Shown here in pieces: positions 34,467 through 44,066 of a stretch of 64,000 bases of DNA. The notes below the pieces were generated by a model. It was not told where the DNA came from. It did not search any database and saw only the letters and a program-made list of their open reading frames with translations. Made by a program: the position numbers and the translations under genes. This DNA comes from Syntrophales bacterium (lineage in GTDB: Bacteria; Desulfobacterota; Syntrophia; Syntrophales; PHBD01): assembly GCA_963668175.1 (NCBI GenBank), contig OY764159.1:1568001-1632000 (forward strand). The letters are read 5' to 3'. How positions within the stretch are numbered: position 1 is the first letter of the stretch; each line of letters starts with the position of its first letter.

Positions 34467-35489
34467 ATGGCTTTCGATCCCAAGACCGACAACGGCTGGT
34501 CCTATCGCTGCCGGTATCGCCCCGGCGACCCGGTCGGCCATTACGAAAGCTATTTCCTCCGCGCCAACCACCCGGAGCGGCCTCTCGCCTTCTGGCTCCG
34601 CTACACGTTACTCAGCCCCCGCCGCGATCCGGACAAGGCCATCGGTTCCGTCTGGGCCGTCGTCTTCAACGGCGAGACGGGCATACACTACGCTGCCCGC
34701 GAGGATTTTCCCTTCAGTACCTGCCATTTTGCCTCCGGGCCGTTTTCGGTAACGATAGGCGAGTCCGTCCTGGACGGGGGCCGCGCCGCCGGCATCGCCT
34801 CGTCTAACGGAACCAAAATCGCCTGGGACCTTCGTTACACAGGCGATCAATCGCCGCTGCTTTTGCTGCCCCGGTCCTGGTACGAGGACTGGGTGCCCGC
34901 CGCGAAGAGCCTGGTGGGCCTGCCCCTCGCCCGCTTCGACGGAACGCTTGCCGTCGGCGGCGAACGGATGGAAATCAGGGGCTGGCGCGGCAGCGCCAAC
35001 CACAACTGGGGGGCGCGGCACACGAGCAGCTACGCCTGGGGCCAGGTGGCGGGTTTCGATACCCATCCGGAAAGCTTCCTCGAAGTGGCGACGGCCCAAA
35101 TAAATATCGGCCCCTGGCGCGGCCCCTGCCTCACGCCCGTGGTCCTGCGGCACAACGGCCGGGAAGAGGCCATGAACGGGATGATGACGATGCTCATGGC
35201 GAAGGGCTCCTACTCGTATTTCGTCTGGAGTTTCGCCTCGGAAAACAGCCGCGTGGCCGTGGAAGGCACCATCGCCGCGCCGCGGGAGGCCTTCGTGGGG
35301 CTGCTCTACAGCGACCCCCCGGGAGGCGGCAGGCAGTGCCTCAACACGAAAATCGCCTCGTGCGAACTGCGCGTGAGCGAGAAGACGGCAAGCGGCAACG
35401 GCAGGCCCGAGGTCCTTTTCGCGCGTAATCGCGCGGCCTTCGAGATATTGACCGGCGACCGGGATCACGGCGTGCCGATCCGGTCCTGA
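34467..35489 (+). CDS. Hypothetical protein, tocopherol-cyclase/AttH-like
   Basis: GHYESYF, AFWLRYT and NHNWG…YAWGQ pattern. GGAGG RBS. Confidence 0.6.
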   Translation: MAFDPKTDNGWSYRCRYRPGDPVGHYESYFLRANHPERPLAFWLRYTLLSPRRDPDKAIGSVWAVVFNGETGIHYAAREDFPFSTCHFASGPFSVTIGESVLDGGRAAGIASSNGTKIAWDLRYTGDQSPLLLLPRSWYEDWVPAAKSLVGLPLARFDGTLAVGGERMEIRGWRGSANHNWGARHTSSYAWGQVAGFDTHPESFLEVATAQINIGPWRGPCLTPVVLRHNGREEAMNGMMTMLMAKGSYSYFVWSFASENSRVAVEGTIAAPREAFVGLLYSDPPGGGRQCLNTKIASCELRVSEKTASGNGRPEVLFARNRAAFEILTGDRDHGVPIRS

Positions 35490-35516
35490 AACGATAACAT
35501 CACGCAAGGAGGGGGT

Positions 35517-36293
35517 ATGGATTTGAAGAATGTGCAGCTTGCGGTCGAGGGGGCGGTGGCGACGGTCACCCTGAGCAATCCGGAAAAGCGCAACGCCCTG
35601 TCCCTGGCGACGCTCAAGGAACTGGGCGCGGTCTTCGCCGACGTGGAGACGCGCTCGGATGTCCGCGTTGTCGTCATCAAGGCGGAAGGGAAGGTCTTCT
35701 CCGCCGGCCACAACCTCGCGGAGATGGTGAGCGGCAGCCTCGCCCACAACCAGGAGATATTCCGCGTCTGCAGCGCCGTGATGCAGAAGCTCCAGCAGAT
35801 GCCGCAGCCGGCCATCGCCCAGGTCCGGGGCATCGCGACCGCCGCGGGCTGCCAGCTTGTCGCCGCCTGCGATCTCGCCGTCGCCGAGGAGGGCGCCTCC
35901 TTCGGGACGCCGGGCGTCAGGATCGGCGTCTTCTGCACGACGCCCGCCATCCCGCTGGTGCGGGCCGTCGGCCGCAAGCGGGCGCTGGAGATGCTCTTCA
36001 CGGGGCGCATGATCACCGCGCAGGAGGCCAGGGAGTGGGGCCTCGTCAACAAGGTCGTCCCCGCCGACCAACTGGAGGCCGAGGTGAAGGCCCTGGCGGC
36101 CAAGATCGCCGAGGCGAGCCGGCTCACCCTCGCCATCGGCAAGCGCGCCTTCTACAGTCAGGTGAAGCTTACCGATGAGCAAGCCTATACCTTGGGCAGC
36201 GAGGTCATGGTGTCCAACCTCTACGCGGAAGACGCCGTGGAGGGCATGAACGCCTTCCTCGAAAAGCGCAAGCCCGTCTGGAAGGACAAATAG
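35517..36293 (+). CDS. Enoyl-CoA hydratase/isomerase
   Basis: NPEKRNAL, FSAGHNL, ATAAGCQL and AFLEKR. Confidence 0.92.
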   Translation: MDLKNVQLAVEGAVATVTLSNPEKRNALSLATLKELGAVFADVETRSDVRVVVIKAEGKVFSAGHNLAEMVSGSLAHNQEIFRVCSAVMQKLQQMPQPAIAQVRGIATAAGCQLVAACDLAVAEEGASFGTPGVRIGVFCTTPAIPLVRAVGRKRALEMLFTGRMITAQEAREWGLVNKVVPADQLEAEVKALAAKIAEASRLTLAIGKRAFYSQVKLTDEQAYTLGSEVMVSNLYAEDAVEGMNAFLEKRKPVWKDK

Positions 36294-36313
36294 GCCGACG
36301 CCGGAGGGGAGTT

Positions 36314-36658
36314 ATGCTTGAACATCACCGAAAGCCGCTTTTGAGCCGGCGGGAGTTCATGCGCCGCCAGGTTCGGTACTCGCTGTTTTCCCTTTGCATC
36401 CTCACCTTTTCCATCGGTATCGGTACCGTGGGCTATCATCTTTTCGGCGGGCTGGCCTGGATCGACTCTTTTCTGAATGCCTCGATGATCCTCACCGGCA
36501 TGGGACCGGTGGACCATCTGGATACGGCTGCCGGGAAAATCTTTTCGGCTCTGTATGCCCTTTTCAGCGGGATCGCCTTCCTGACATTCGTCGCTGTTCT
36601 CTTTACGCCGGCCTATCACCGCTTCCTGCACAAGTTTCATCTGCCGGCCGGTGATTAG
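36314..36658 (+). CDS. Small 2-TM membrane protein, ion-channel-pore-like
   Basis: TM, WIDSFLNASMILTGMGP pore-like segment, AGKIF, second TM. Confidence 0.65.
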   Translation: MLEHHRKPLLSRREFMRRQVRYSLFSLCILTFSIGIGTVGYHLFGGLAWIDSFLNASMILTGMGPVDHLDTAAGKIFSALYALFSGIAFLTFVAVLFTPAYHRFLHKFHLPAGD

Positions 36659-36684
36659 CGGACGTCATATTGAATTGAGGGGGT

Positions 36685-37941
36685 ATGACCTTTATGAGGA
36701 TTCGTCTGAAACCTTATAATCTACTCGTGACGATTTCCATTGTCTTGTCATCTGTTTTCTCCGTCTTTGGCAATTCAACAGGGGAATCAATACTAGATAA
36801 ATCGGCAGCGTCGCATTTTTTTTCTTTTCATGGTGATTCTGACTACCATTTGACCAACGGATATGACTTCTTCGAAAGGGGAGATAGAATATATATTATC
36901 GTTTGGCAAGAGATTGGGAATATATTTAACTATGCATATGATTCCCAATTGGTGTCCATCAACAAAGAAAGTAAAGACTGGACGATAGTAAGTATACCCG
37001 GGAAAGCTTATTATCTAGGGCCTTACTCTGACCACGAGATTTGTTCCATAAGGCGAAAAACGGGTGAGACTAAATGGTATATCGGCTTTTACAATTTGAA
37101 GGGCGAAAAATTGCGAGAACTGGAACATATCTATGAAACATTTGACAAAGAGTTCTATCACTTCGTTCCTGTGCCGCTGATTTACCCGGATGGTTCGATT
37201 CTTTTCTATTCGACATATGGGTATGAAGGGAGAAATATCGTTCTAAAATCTCTGCTAGACATAATCTCCGGTGGTCACGGATCAAAAAAAATGATTGGGG
37301 AAAATATTGAAATTATTCCCTCGCTGATAAGGAAAGAGGGTAAAGAGAGAGTCCTTTCCTATGTTGTAGGCTATGATAGTTCAAATCTTCGAACGATATT
37401 TTCGGTTGGAGAGGAACTTTCATGGAGACGAAATCGGCCTAAATCAGGTACATTTAATAAAGATGGTTATAAGATTAATAAATATGACTGGATTCATAAA
37501 GAGGGTGTCCTATTTGTGAAAAACAATAAGAAAGTTAAGATTTCCGACAATATAGAAATAATAGATTCAATTACGGGAGAACAGAACATCCTACCGCTGC
37601 CAAATCTGGGGAAGGCATATCTTAAAAACGGAAAGTTTAAATATGATGGGGAGTATGTGCACGACGCCGACATATGGGTTGATTCAGACAGTATAATATT
37701 GGCAGTTACGGGTAGTAAGAAAATTTGGATATACTTCTATAACTTATCCGATAAAAGATGGATCAGAAATATTCTGGACAAAAATAACGTAGATTTTTAC
37801 GGATATAAAAATGTCAGAATTTTCAGAACGCAAAATCATTTATTTATCGGCTTTTGGGCAAATTTGAAGAATTACGAAATCATCAAAATCAGTTTGAATG
37901 CTTTAAAAGAAGATGGGACTATACATATTATAGATGAATAA
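36685..37941 (+). CDS. AT-rich exported hypothetical protein
   Basis: 418-aa ORF with signal peptide. Markedly AT-rich relative to its flanks. Confidence 0.8.
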   Translation: MTFMRIRLKPYNLLVTISIVLSSVFSVFGNSTGESILDKSAASHFFSFHGDSDYHLTNGYDFFERGDRIYIIVWQEIGNIFNYAYDSQLVSINKESKDWTIVSIPGKAYYLGPYSDHEICSIRRKTGETKWYIGFYNLKGEKLRELEHIYETFDKEFYHFVPVPLIYPDGSILFYSTYGYEGRNIVLKSLLDIISGGHGSKKMIGENIEIIPSLIRKEGKERVLSYVVGYDSSNLRTIFSVGEELSWRRNRPKSGTFNKDGYKINKYDWIHKEGVLFVKNNKKVKISDNIEIIDSITGEQNILPLPNLGKAYLKNGKFKYDGEYVHDADIWVDSDSIILAVTGSKKIWIYFYNLSDKRWIRNILDKNNVDFYGYKNVRIFRTQNHLFIGFWANLKNYEIIKISLNALKEDGTIHIIDE

Positions 37942-37958
37942 GATCCTGAGCGACAAAG

Positions 37959-38752
37959 AACCCCGCCGGGTGTGACCGCTGGAAGGACCGGTAGGCCGGG
38001 AACAGCAACAAACGGATCAAAGGCGTATACTTCCACTTGAGGCAGGTGATTGATGAAAAAAACTTTCACAGGCTTATTTCTCTGCTTATTGATCATGTTC
38101 ATGACGAGTGAAGGTTCAGCCGATGATATAGTGCGTTCTCGTGGATTTCGGGTGGAGACTGATGTATATGGACAAAACGAAATCTATATGGACGATGCAT
38201 ATGTCGGAATGCCTTTAGGACGGATTTTAATGATTCGTAAAGATAAAGAGTATTGCGCCCTAAAGTTCACGAGATTTTGGACGGAGAAAAACGATAGAGA
38301 AGGTTATGCGACATATGAAGTGTATTATAAGAATGATGATACAAACGACTTTTTGAATAAAGATGTTAAATATTCAGAAGGCAAGGCCTCAATTCTTCCA
38401 CCCACGGGACCCATTCGTCCCTTTCTGAAGCAACCGGGATATCCGAAAGTGAATTGCGGTCCTTTCAGGCTTCATTGGGGATACGGAGGGAGAGTAGCTT
38501 TTTTTGATAATGATGAAAAGGAACTGGGAATTGAACTAGCACCGACACCGTGGACATCAGTGTCAGAAATCAATCTTAACGATCCGAGACTGAAATGGTA
38601 TAGCTATGATGGGAAAAGAAGAATTATCCGTATTCCCGTCGACCAACTTTGGTCCGCCGCGGGGCAGAAAAAAATAAATAACTGAAGTCAGCCCATAGAG
38701 CGCATGCAGCTCAAATAGCAAGTGAAAACATAAAACCCCGCCGGGCGTGACC
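37959..38752 (+). repeat. 19-bp direct repeat flanking the second AT-rich gene
   Basis: AACCCCGCCGGGTGTGACC (37959-37977) and AACCCCGCCGGGCGTGACC (38734-38752), one mismatch. Confidence 0.85.
38050..38685 (+). CDS. AT-rich exported hypothetical protein
   Basis: 211-aa ORF with signal peptide (MKKTFTGLFLCLLIMFMTSEGSA). Confidence 0.8.
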   Translation: MMKKTFTGLFLCLLIMFMTSEGSADDIVRSRGFRVETDVYGQNEIYMDDAYVGMPLGRILMIRKDKEYCALKFTRFWTEKNDREGYATYEVYYKNDDTNDFLNKDVKYSEGKASILPPTGPIRPFLKQPGYPKVNCGPFRLHWGYGGRVAFFDNDEKELGIELAPTPWTSVSEINLNDPRLKWYSYDGKRRIIRIPVDQLWSAAGQKKINN

Positions 38753-38784
38753 TTTTTTTAGTCTCCCGGCGGGGTTGTTGTTTT
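38732..38784. terminator. Probable bidirectional terminator
   Basis: AACCCCGCCGGG…CCCGGCGGGGTT between convergent genes. Confidence 0.7.
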
Positions 38785-38888
38785 CTAAAGTTGGTTCGCA
38801 CGAATCTTCCGCGCTTTGCACAACGCGGCGGCGGACGGTTAAGAGCGTTTCACGCCCAAACCGGCACGGGCCTTAACGGCCCTGCGAA

Positions 38889-39485
38889 TCACCGTCCCCA
38901 GAAGCCTTTCTTCTTGGGGGGCGGCGGGATCTTGTCGTCCGGCCGGGGCGGCTTCTCCTCCGGCGGGGCGGGCGGCGGCGGTATCTCCGGCCGCGCGGGC
39001 TTCTCCACTGCGGCGGCGATCTCCGATGGCGTCGTCTCCGGCGGGGGGAAGAACGTGTGCTTGTAGTCGAAGGGCGACGGCGACGGCGGCCCGGCCGGTC
39101 TCTCCGGTTCCCTGGGCGGCGGCCGGTAGTCGCGCTTCATGATGCAGCTTCCGTTGAAGCCGGAGCCGTTTTCAATGATGATGTTGGGCGTCGTGATGTC
39201 CCCCTTGAGGGACGAATCCGTCTTCAGGACGACGTTTTCGTCGGCCGTGACGTTGCCGACGATCTTGCCGTACGTGATCAGCTTGTTCGTCGTGATCTCG
39301 GCCTTCACCATGGCGGTGGGGCCCACGACGAGCAGGCCCTCCGACCGGATCTCCCCCTCGAAGTTCCCCTTGATCATGAGCGAGCTTTTGAAGCTGATCG
39401 AGCCCTTGATCTCCAGGTCGTCGGCGATCACCGTGGTGACCCTTGTTTCGTTATCTTCCGTTCTGGCAGGATTGGCTGTAGTCAT
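38889..39485 (-). CDS. Bactofilin with a proline-rich C-terminal tail
   Basis: TVIADDLEIKG…G.F.G…IIENGSGFNGSCIM beta-helix, then a PPP-rich tail ending KKKGFWGR. Confidence 0.9.
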   Translation of the reverse strand: MTTANPARTEDNETRVTTVIADDLEIKGSISFKSSLMIKGNFEGEIRSEGLLVVGPTAMVKAEITTNKLITYGKIVGNVTADENVVLKTDSSLKGDITTPNIIIENGSGFNGSCIMKRDYRPPPREPERPAGPPSPSPFDYKHTFFPPPETTPSEIAAAVEKPARPEIPPPPAPPEEKPPRPDDKIPPPPKKKGFWGR

Positions 39486-39632
39486 TTTTCCCCCATGTCG
39501 ATTCCTTGCTGTCGATCTTTGAAACCGGAAAACGCGCCGTGTGCAACCCGGCTGTATCTGGATATATAGGCCCGCGAACCGCAACCGCAGTTCCGGAATG
39601 CCGGGAGGTCTGTTCCGCCGGGGCCGGACCGT

Positions 39633-39998
39633 TTACCTGTTATCTTTCGCCATGACGCAGGAGCCGTTGAAGATGGCGCCGCTTTCAATGATCAGGTTCG
39701 GGGTGGTGATGTCCCCCTTGTGGTACGAGGTGCTCTTTAAAATGACATGTTCGCTGGCCGTAACATCCCCTTCGATCTTGCCGTGGGAGATGAGGTTGTT
39801 CGTGGTGATGCGCGCCGTCACGGTCGCCGTGGGGCCTACGATCAGCAACCCTTCTGAAAGGATTTCCCCCTCGAAATTTCCCTTAATCATGAGAGAGCTT
39901 TTGAATTTGATCGTTCCCTTGACTTCCAAATCGTCTGCGATAACGGTGGTGATTTTGGATTCGCTATCTTCAATGATATTAGGATTGGTGCTCGGCAT
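39633..39998 (-). CDS. Bactofilin (polymer-forming cytoskeletal protein)
   Basis: Near-identical core to the downstream paralog. GAGGAGG RBS. Confidence 0.9.
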   Translation of the reverse strand: MPSTNPNIIEDSESKITTVIADDLEVKGTIKFKSSLMIKGNFEGEILSEGLLIVGPTATVTARITTNNLISHGKIEGDVTASEHVILKSTSYHKGDITTPNLIIESGAIFNGSCVMAKDNR

Positions 39999-40224
39999 CG
40001 GTTCTCCTCCTCGTTTTTTTGATTGCCTTGACCGGCCCGGAACGTTGCCCCCTTCGACAAGACCGGTGCGGTTCACTCCCCCCTGCAAGTCTCAAAAACC
40101 GGCCCCCGCGGCCCTTCGGGATGCGAGCGGCGGCCGGGCCTGCCCCTGCCGGTTAGTTGTGCAATAAGATTGACGGAAACGCATATAACATGAAACTGTT
40201 AAGAATTAAAGCAAATATTTGCGC

Positions 40225-40878
40225 CTATAACGAGGTCAATCCTTCGCGGATGGCGTATTTGGTCAGCTCGGCCACGCTGCCGATTCCCAGTTTTTCCATG
40301 ATCTGGTGCCGGTACGTCTCGACCGTCTTGGTGCTGATGTCCATCGTGAAGGCGATTTCTTTCGTAGACTTCCCCTCGGCGACGCGCTGGAGGACTTCCC
40401 GCTCCCGGGCCGTCAGGATCGAATAAACCGACAGGTCTTCCCTGGACATGAGGTGGATATAGTCCTGGAGGATGCCGTTCACGAGGGCCGGGCTCAGGTA
40501 AACCCGGTTGTCCATGACGGCGCGGATGGCGTGGGCCAGCTCTTCCAGGGCGCAGTCCTTGAGAAGATAGCCCGCCGCCCCGGCTTTGAGCATGTTGACG
40601 ACGAAGCCCTTGTCCGCGTGCATCGAGAGGGCCAAAACCTTGATATCGGGCCTGTCGTGAAGGATGCGCCGGGTGGCTTCGATACCGTTCATGTCGGGCA
40701 TGTTGATGTCCATGATGATGACGTGGGGCGGCTTCTTCCTGGAGAGGTCCACCGCGGCGGCGCCGCTCTCCGCCTCCCCGACCACTTCCATGTCGAGTTG
40801 CTTCTCCAGGAGAGCCCGGAGGCCCGTCCGCAGAATCTTGTGGTCGTCGGCCAGCAGTACTTTAACCTTTCCCTTCAT
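40225..40878 (-). CDS. NarL/LuxR-family response regulator
   Basis: LADDH, MDINMPDMNG and LTAREREVL. Confidence 0.95.
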   Translation of the reverse strand: MKGKVKVLLADDHKILRTGLRALLEKQLDMEVVGEAESGAAAVDLSRKKPPHVIIMDINMPDMNGIEATRRILHDRPDIKVLALSMHADKGFVVNMLKAGAAGYLLKDCALEELAHAIRAVMDNRVYLSPALVNGILQDYIHLMSREDLSVYSILTAREREVLQRVAEGKSTKEIAFTMDISTKTVETYRHQIMEKLGIGSVAELTKYAIREGLTSL

Positions 40879-43877
40879 GGCTTCTTTCTCCCAGGCGATT
40901 TGTCGAGGGGTACGGACATCATGGCGAAACTGCCGCCGCCGGGGACGGAAAGGAGATGAAAGTCCCCGCCGATGTTCTTGAACCGTTCGCGGATGCTGAA
41001 GAGGCCGTAGCCGGCGTCGCGGTTTCCCGGGGCGAAGAGGCCCGACGTATCGAACCCGACGCCGTCGTCCTTGACGGCGACGACGGCCGCATCGTGCAGC
41101 CTGCTTATGGAGACGCTGCAATGCTTTGCCTGCGCGTGCTTGGCGATGTTGATGAGCAGCTCCCGGACCGACTGGAAGACGAGGATCCTGACGTCGTCGC
41201 TCAGGGGCTTGGGCCGCCCGTCGTCCTCGAACGAGAAGCCGATGCCTTTTCCCGCCAGGAGCTGGTCTCCCAGCCATTCCACGGCCGCCTCCAGCCCCAG
41301 CTCGTAGAGGATCGGGGGGCTGAGTTCGCAGGTCAGGGTCCGGGTATAGAGGATCGTCTGCTCGATGGTCTCCCGGATTTCCCCGGCCCTTTCCCGTAGA
41401 TCCCCGGACGTCAGGTCCATGCAGAGTTCTCCCAGCCTGATCTTGCAATAGGCCAGGTTCTGTCCGATGTGATCGTGGAGTTGGCAGGATATCCGCCTGC
41501 GCTCTCTCTCTTCCGCAAGGGTGAGCTGGGACGATAGGGAGCGCAGCTCTTCCTGATAGGATTCGAGCCGCTTTTCCGCCTGGCGGAAGGCGGTGATGTC
41601 GATGCCCATCTCCAGCACCAGGAGCGAACCGTCCGTATCGACGAAGGGGTAGTCGTAAATCTGGTACATCCGCCCTTCCGGGGCGTGCATCCATTCCCAT
41701 GTCTGATGCTGTCTGCTCTCGAATACCTGAAAAGGCAGGCATTTCGGGCAGGGTTTCTTCCGGCGTGCGATGACCTGGTAGCATTTCTTTCCCTGGGGAT
41801 CGCCGAACTGCTTGCGGAAGAAGAGGTTGGCGAAGCGGATGGAGTGGTCGCGGTCCTGGAGATAGACGAAGACGGGCAGCTCTTCCAGGAGGGAAAAGAG
41901 CCTCCGGCGCTCCTTTTCGATCACGGTCGCGCTGTGCTTCCGCTCGGTGATGTCCCGGGAGATGCCCGCCGTGCCCGAGACCCGGCCCCGGTCGTCGCAG
42001 ATGGGCGTCTTGACCGTTTCGACCCAGAGGGCGTCGCCGTTTCTATAGATGATCGGCTCTTCGATCTGCATCCTGCGGCCGGACTGCATGACCTCCTTGT
42101 CGTCCTGCCGGTATTTTCCCGCCAGTTCCGGCGGCCACAGGTCGGCGTCGGTCTTGCCTGGAATGTCCCCCTGTGCTGTGCCGCAGGCCTCCGCGAAAAC
42201 CCGGTTGGCCGCGATATAGAAGCCGCCTCTGTCCTTGAGCCAGGCCATGTCGGGGATGTTGTCCAGGATGGCCTGCTGCCGGCGGCGGGCGTCCTGCATG
42301 ACCTTCTCGGCCTGTTTGCGCTCCGTCAGGTCGTGGGAGATCACGACGGCATGGGTCGCCGCGGGAGGGTGCCCCGAGTAGGGGTAGTAGGTCATGGCGA
42401 AGTAAGCCCGCTCCCGGCCGTCGAGGTCGATCCAGCTTTCGTCATGGACGATCTCGCCTTTCAGGCACCGGTCGATGAGGGGTTTGATGCGGCCAGTGAA
42501 ACGCCTTTTGCCCCAGATGTCAGCGACGGACCGGCCGACGATCTCCGCGGGCCTCTTTCCCAGCGCCCGGCAGTAGGCGTCGTTGACGGCCTCGTAGCAG
42601 TAATCCTTGTTGATCAGCGTCATGAATTCGTGGACGGCGTTGATGATGAATTCGCTCATTTTCCGCCGGTCGATCTCTTCGAGGAGGGCCTCGTTGGCCC
42701 GGACCAGGTCGGCCGTCCTTTCCCGGATGCAGGCCTCCATCCCTTCGTAAGCCGCCCGCAGGGCCGCCTCCATGGACCGCTGGCCCGTGACGTCCCGGAC
42801 GACGGCGACGACGTCCCGCTTCCCGCTGGGGACCATCCGGGCCTCCCAGAAGCGCCTGCGGCCGTTTTCGGCCGTGGTATATTCGTAAACCTGCATTTCC
42901 CTGGTCTTCAGGGCGCGGCTGACGGCCTCCTCGGTGAGCCGGGCCGCTTCCGGAGACAGCACGGACGAAAGGCGCGTCTGGACGAGGGGTCTGGATGCGG
43001 GCCGGCTGTCGCCGCCCGCGGGCTTGTAATCGAGAAACGTCCCGTCCGCCCGGATGCGGAACATCCGGTCGGGGATCGCCATGATCAGGGCACTCGTCGC
43101 TTCCTCGGCCTGCCGGTGCGCCGTGATGTCCTCCACCATGCCGACGGCCAGGCCGTTTCCCGCCGCGCCGCCCCGGGATAACGAAACCGTGAGACGTCCC
43201 CAGATCAGGCGTCCGTCTTTGCTTACATAGCGCTTCTCTGTCTGGTACCAGTCCCGCTTTCCGGAAGCCGCTTCCCGCTGCAGGTCGGGGGAGCCGTCGC
43301 GGTCCTCGGGGTGGACGATCCCGTCGTGGGTCATCCCGAGCAGCTCTTCGCCGCTGTAGGAGAGCATCTGCTGGAAGGAACGGTTGGTGTAGACGATCCG
43401 GCCGTCGCCGGTCCTCGTGATCAGGATGCCCAGGGCGGATTGCTGGAAGACGGCCCCGAGCTGCGCCTCCCGCTCCCTGAGGCGATTCATGGTCTGGTGA
43501 CGTTTTTGGGCGTAAAGGAGGGAGCGGCCGAGAAGGATGGCCGTCAGGCCTTCGCGGGGAAGAATGTCGGCGAAGACCTCCGTCCATGTCCGGCTGTCGG
43601 CGGCAGCAGTGCCCCGGTCGGCAACGGCGATCACGGGGGCCAGGGCCGCCGCCTCCCGGATGGCGAGAACAGTCTCGCCATCCAGATCGGCGGGAGACGT
43701 CAGGCCAAAGACCACGACGTCGCCCGGCCGCCGACGGAGGGCGGCCAGGGCTGCCGGCGGAGAATCCACCAGGGAGACGCGCAGGGGAATCCCGGCGTCC
43801 TTCAACGTTCTTCTTATCGTCCGGATGCACTCCGGCCTGCTTTCTGCCAGAATCACCTTCAGAAGGTTTTCTTGCAT
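40875..43877 (-). CDS. Multi-PAS HisKA_3 sensor kinase with a degenerate N-terminal receiver domain
   Basis: Several PAS/PAC repeats, EERERRRISCQLHDHIGQ, NIAKHA and DDGVGF. Start may be 43877 or 43940. Confidence 0.9.
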   Translation of the reverse strand: MQENLLKVILAESRPECIRTIRRTLKDAGIPLRVSLVDSPPAALAALRRRPGDVVVFGLTSPADLDGETVLAIREAAALAPVIAVADRGTAAADSRTWTEVFADILPREGLTAILLGRSLLYAQKRHQTMNRLREREAQLGAVFQQSALGILITRTGDGRIVYTNRSFQQMLSYSGEELLGMTHDGIVHPEDRDGSPDLQREAASGKRDWYQTEKRYVSKDGRLIWGRLTVSLSRGGAAGNGLAVGMVEDITAHRQAEEATSALIMAIPDRMFRIRADGTFLDYKPAGGDSRPASRPLVQTRLSSVLSPEAARLTEEAVSRALKTREMQVYEYTTAENGRRRFWEARMVPSGKRDVVAVVRDVTGQRSMEAALRAAYEGMEACIRERTADLVRANEALLEEIDRRKMSEFIINAVHEFMTLINKDYCYEAVNDAYCRALGKRPAEIVGRSVADIWGKRRFTGRIKPLIDRCLKGEIVHDESWIDLDGRERAYFAMTYYPYSGHPPAATHAVVISHDLTERKQAEKVMQDARRRQQAILDNIPDMAWLKDRGGFYIAANRVFAEACGTAQGDIPGKTDADLWPPELAGKYRQDDKEVMQSGRRMQIEEPIIYRNGDALWVETVKTPICDDRGRVSGTAGISRDITERKHSATVIEKERRRLFSLLEELPVFVYLQDRDHSIRFANLFFRKQFGDPQGKKCYQVIARRKKPCPKCLPFQVFESRQHQTWEWMHAPEGRMYQIYDYPFVDTDGSLLVLEMGIDITAFRQAEKRLESYQEELRSLSSQLTLAEERERRRISCQLHDHIGQNLAYCKIRLGELCMDLTSGDLRERAGEIRETIEQTILYTRTLTCELSPPILYELGLEAAVEWLGDQLLAGKGIGFSFEDDGRPKPLSDDVRILVFQSVRELLINIAKHAQAKHCSVSISRLHDAAVVAVKDDGVGFDTSGLFAPGNRDAGYGLFSIRERFKNIGGDFHLLSVPGGGSFAMMSVPLDKSPGRKKP

Positions 43878-44066
43878 TGCCGGGCCTTTGCGTGCCGTCT
43901 GAAATTCTGCGATCGGGGTTAACGCTTTGCTGCGCGGCATCGGAAGCGACCGGGTCGGGCCGCAGGCCGGGGAGCCGCGGGCCGGAAAGTCCTTTCCGGC
44001 CGCATCGGGCGCCGCTGTTATGGAAGGTGAGCCGCGGAAGCAATAGATGGCGAACTGCCGGCGCCG

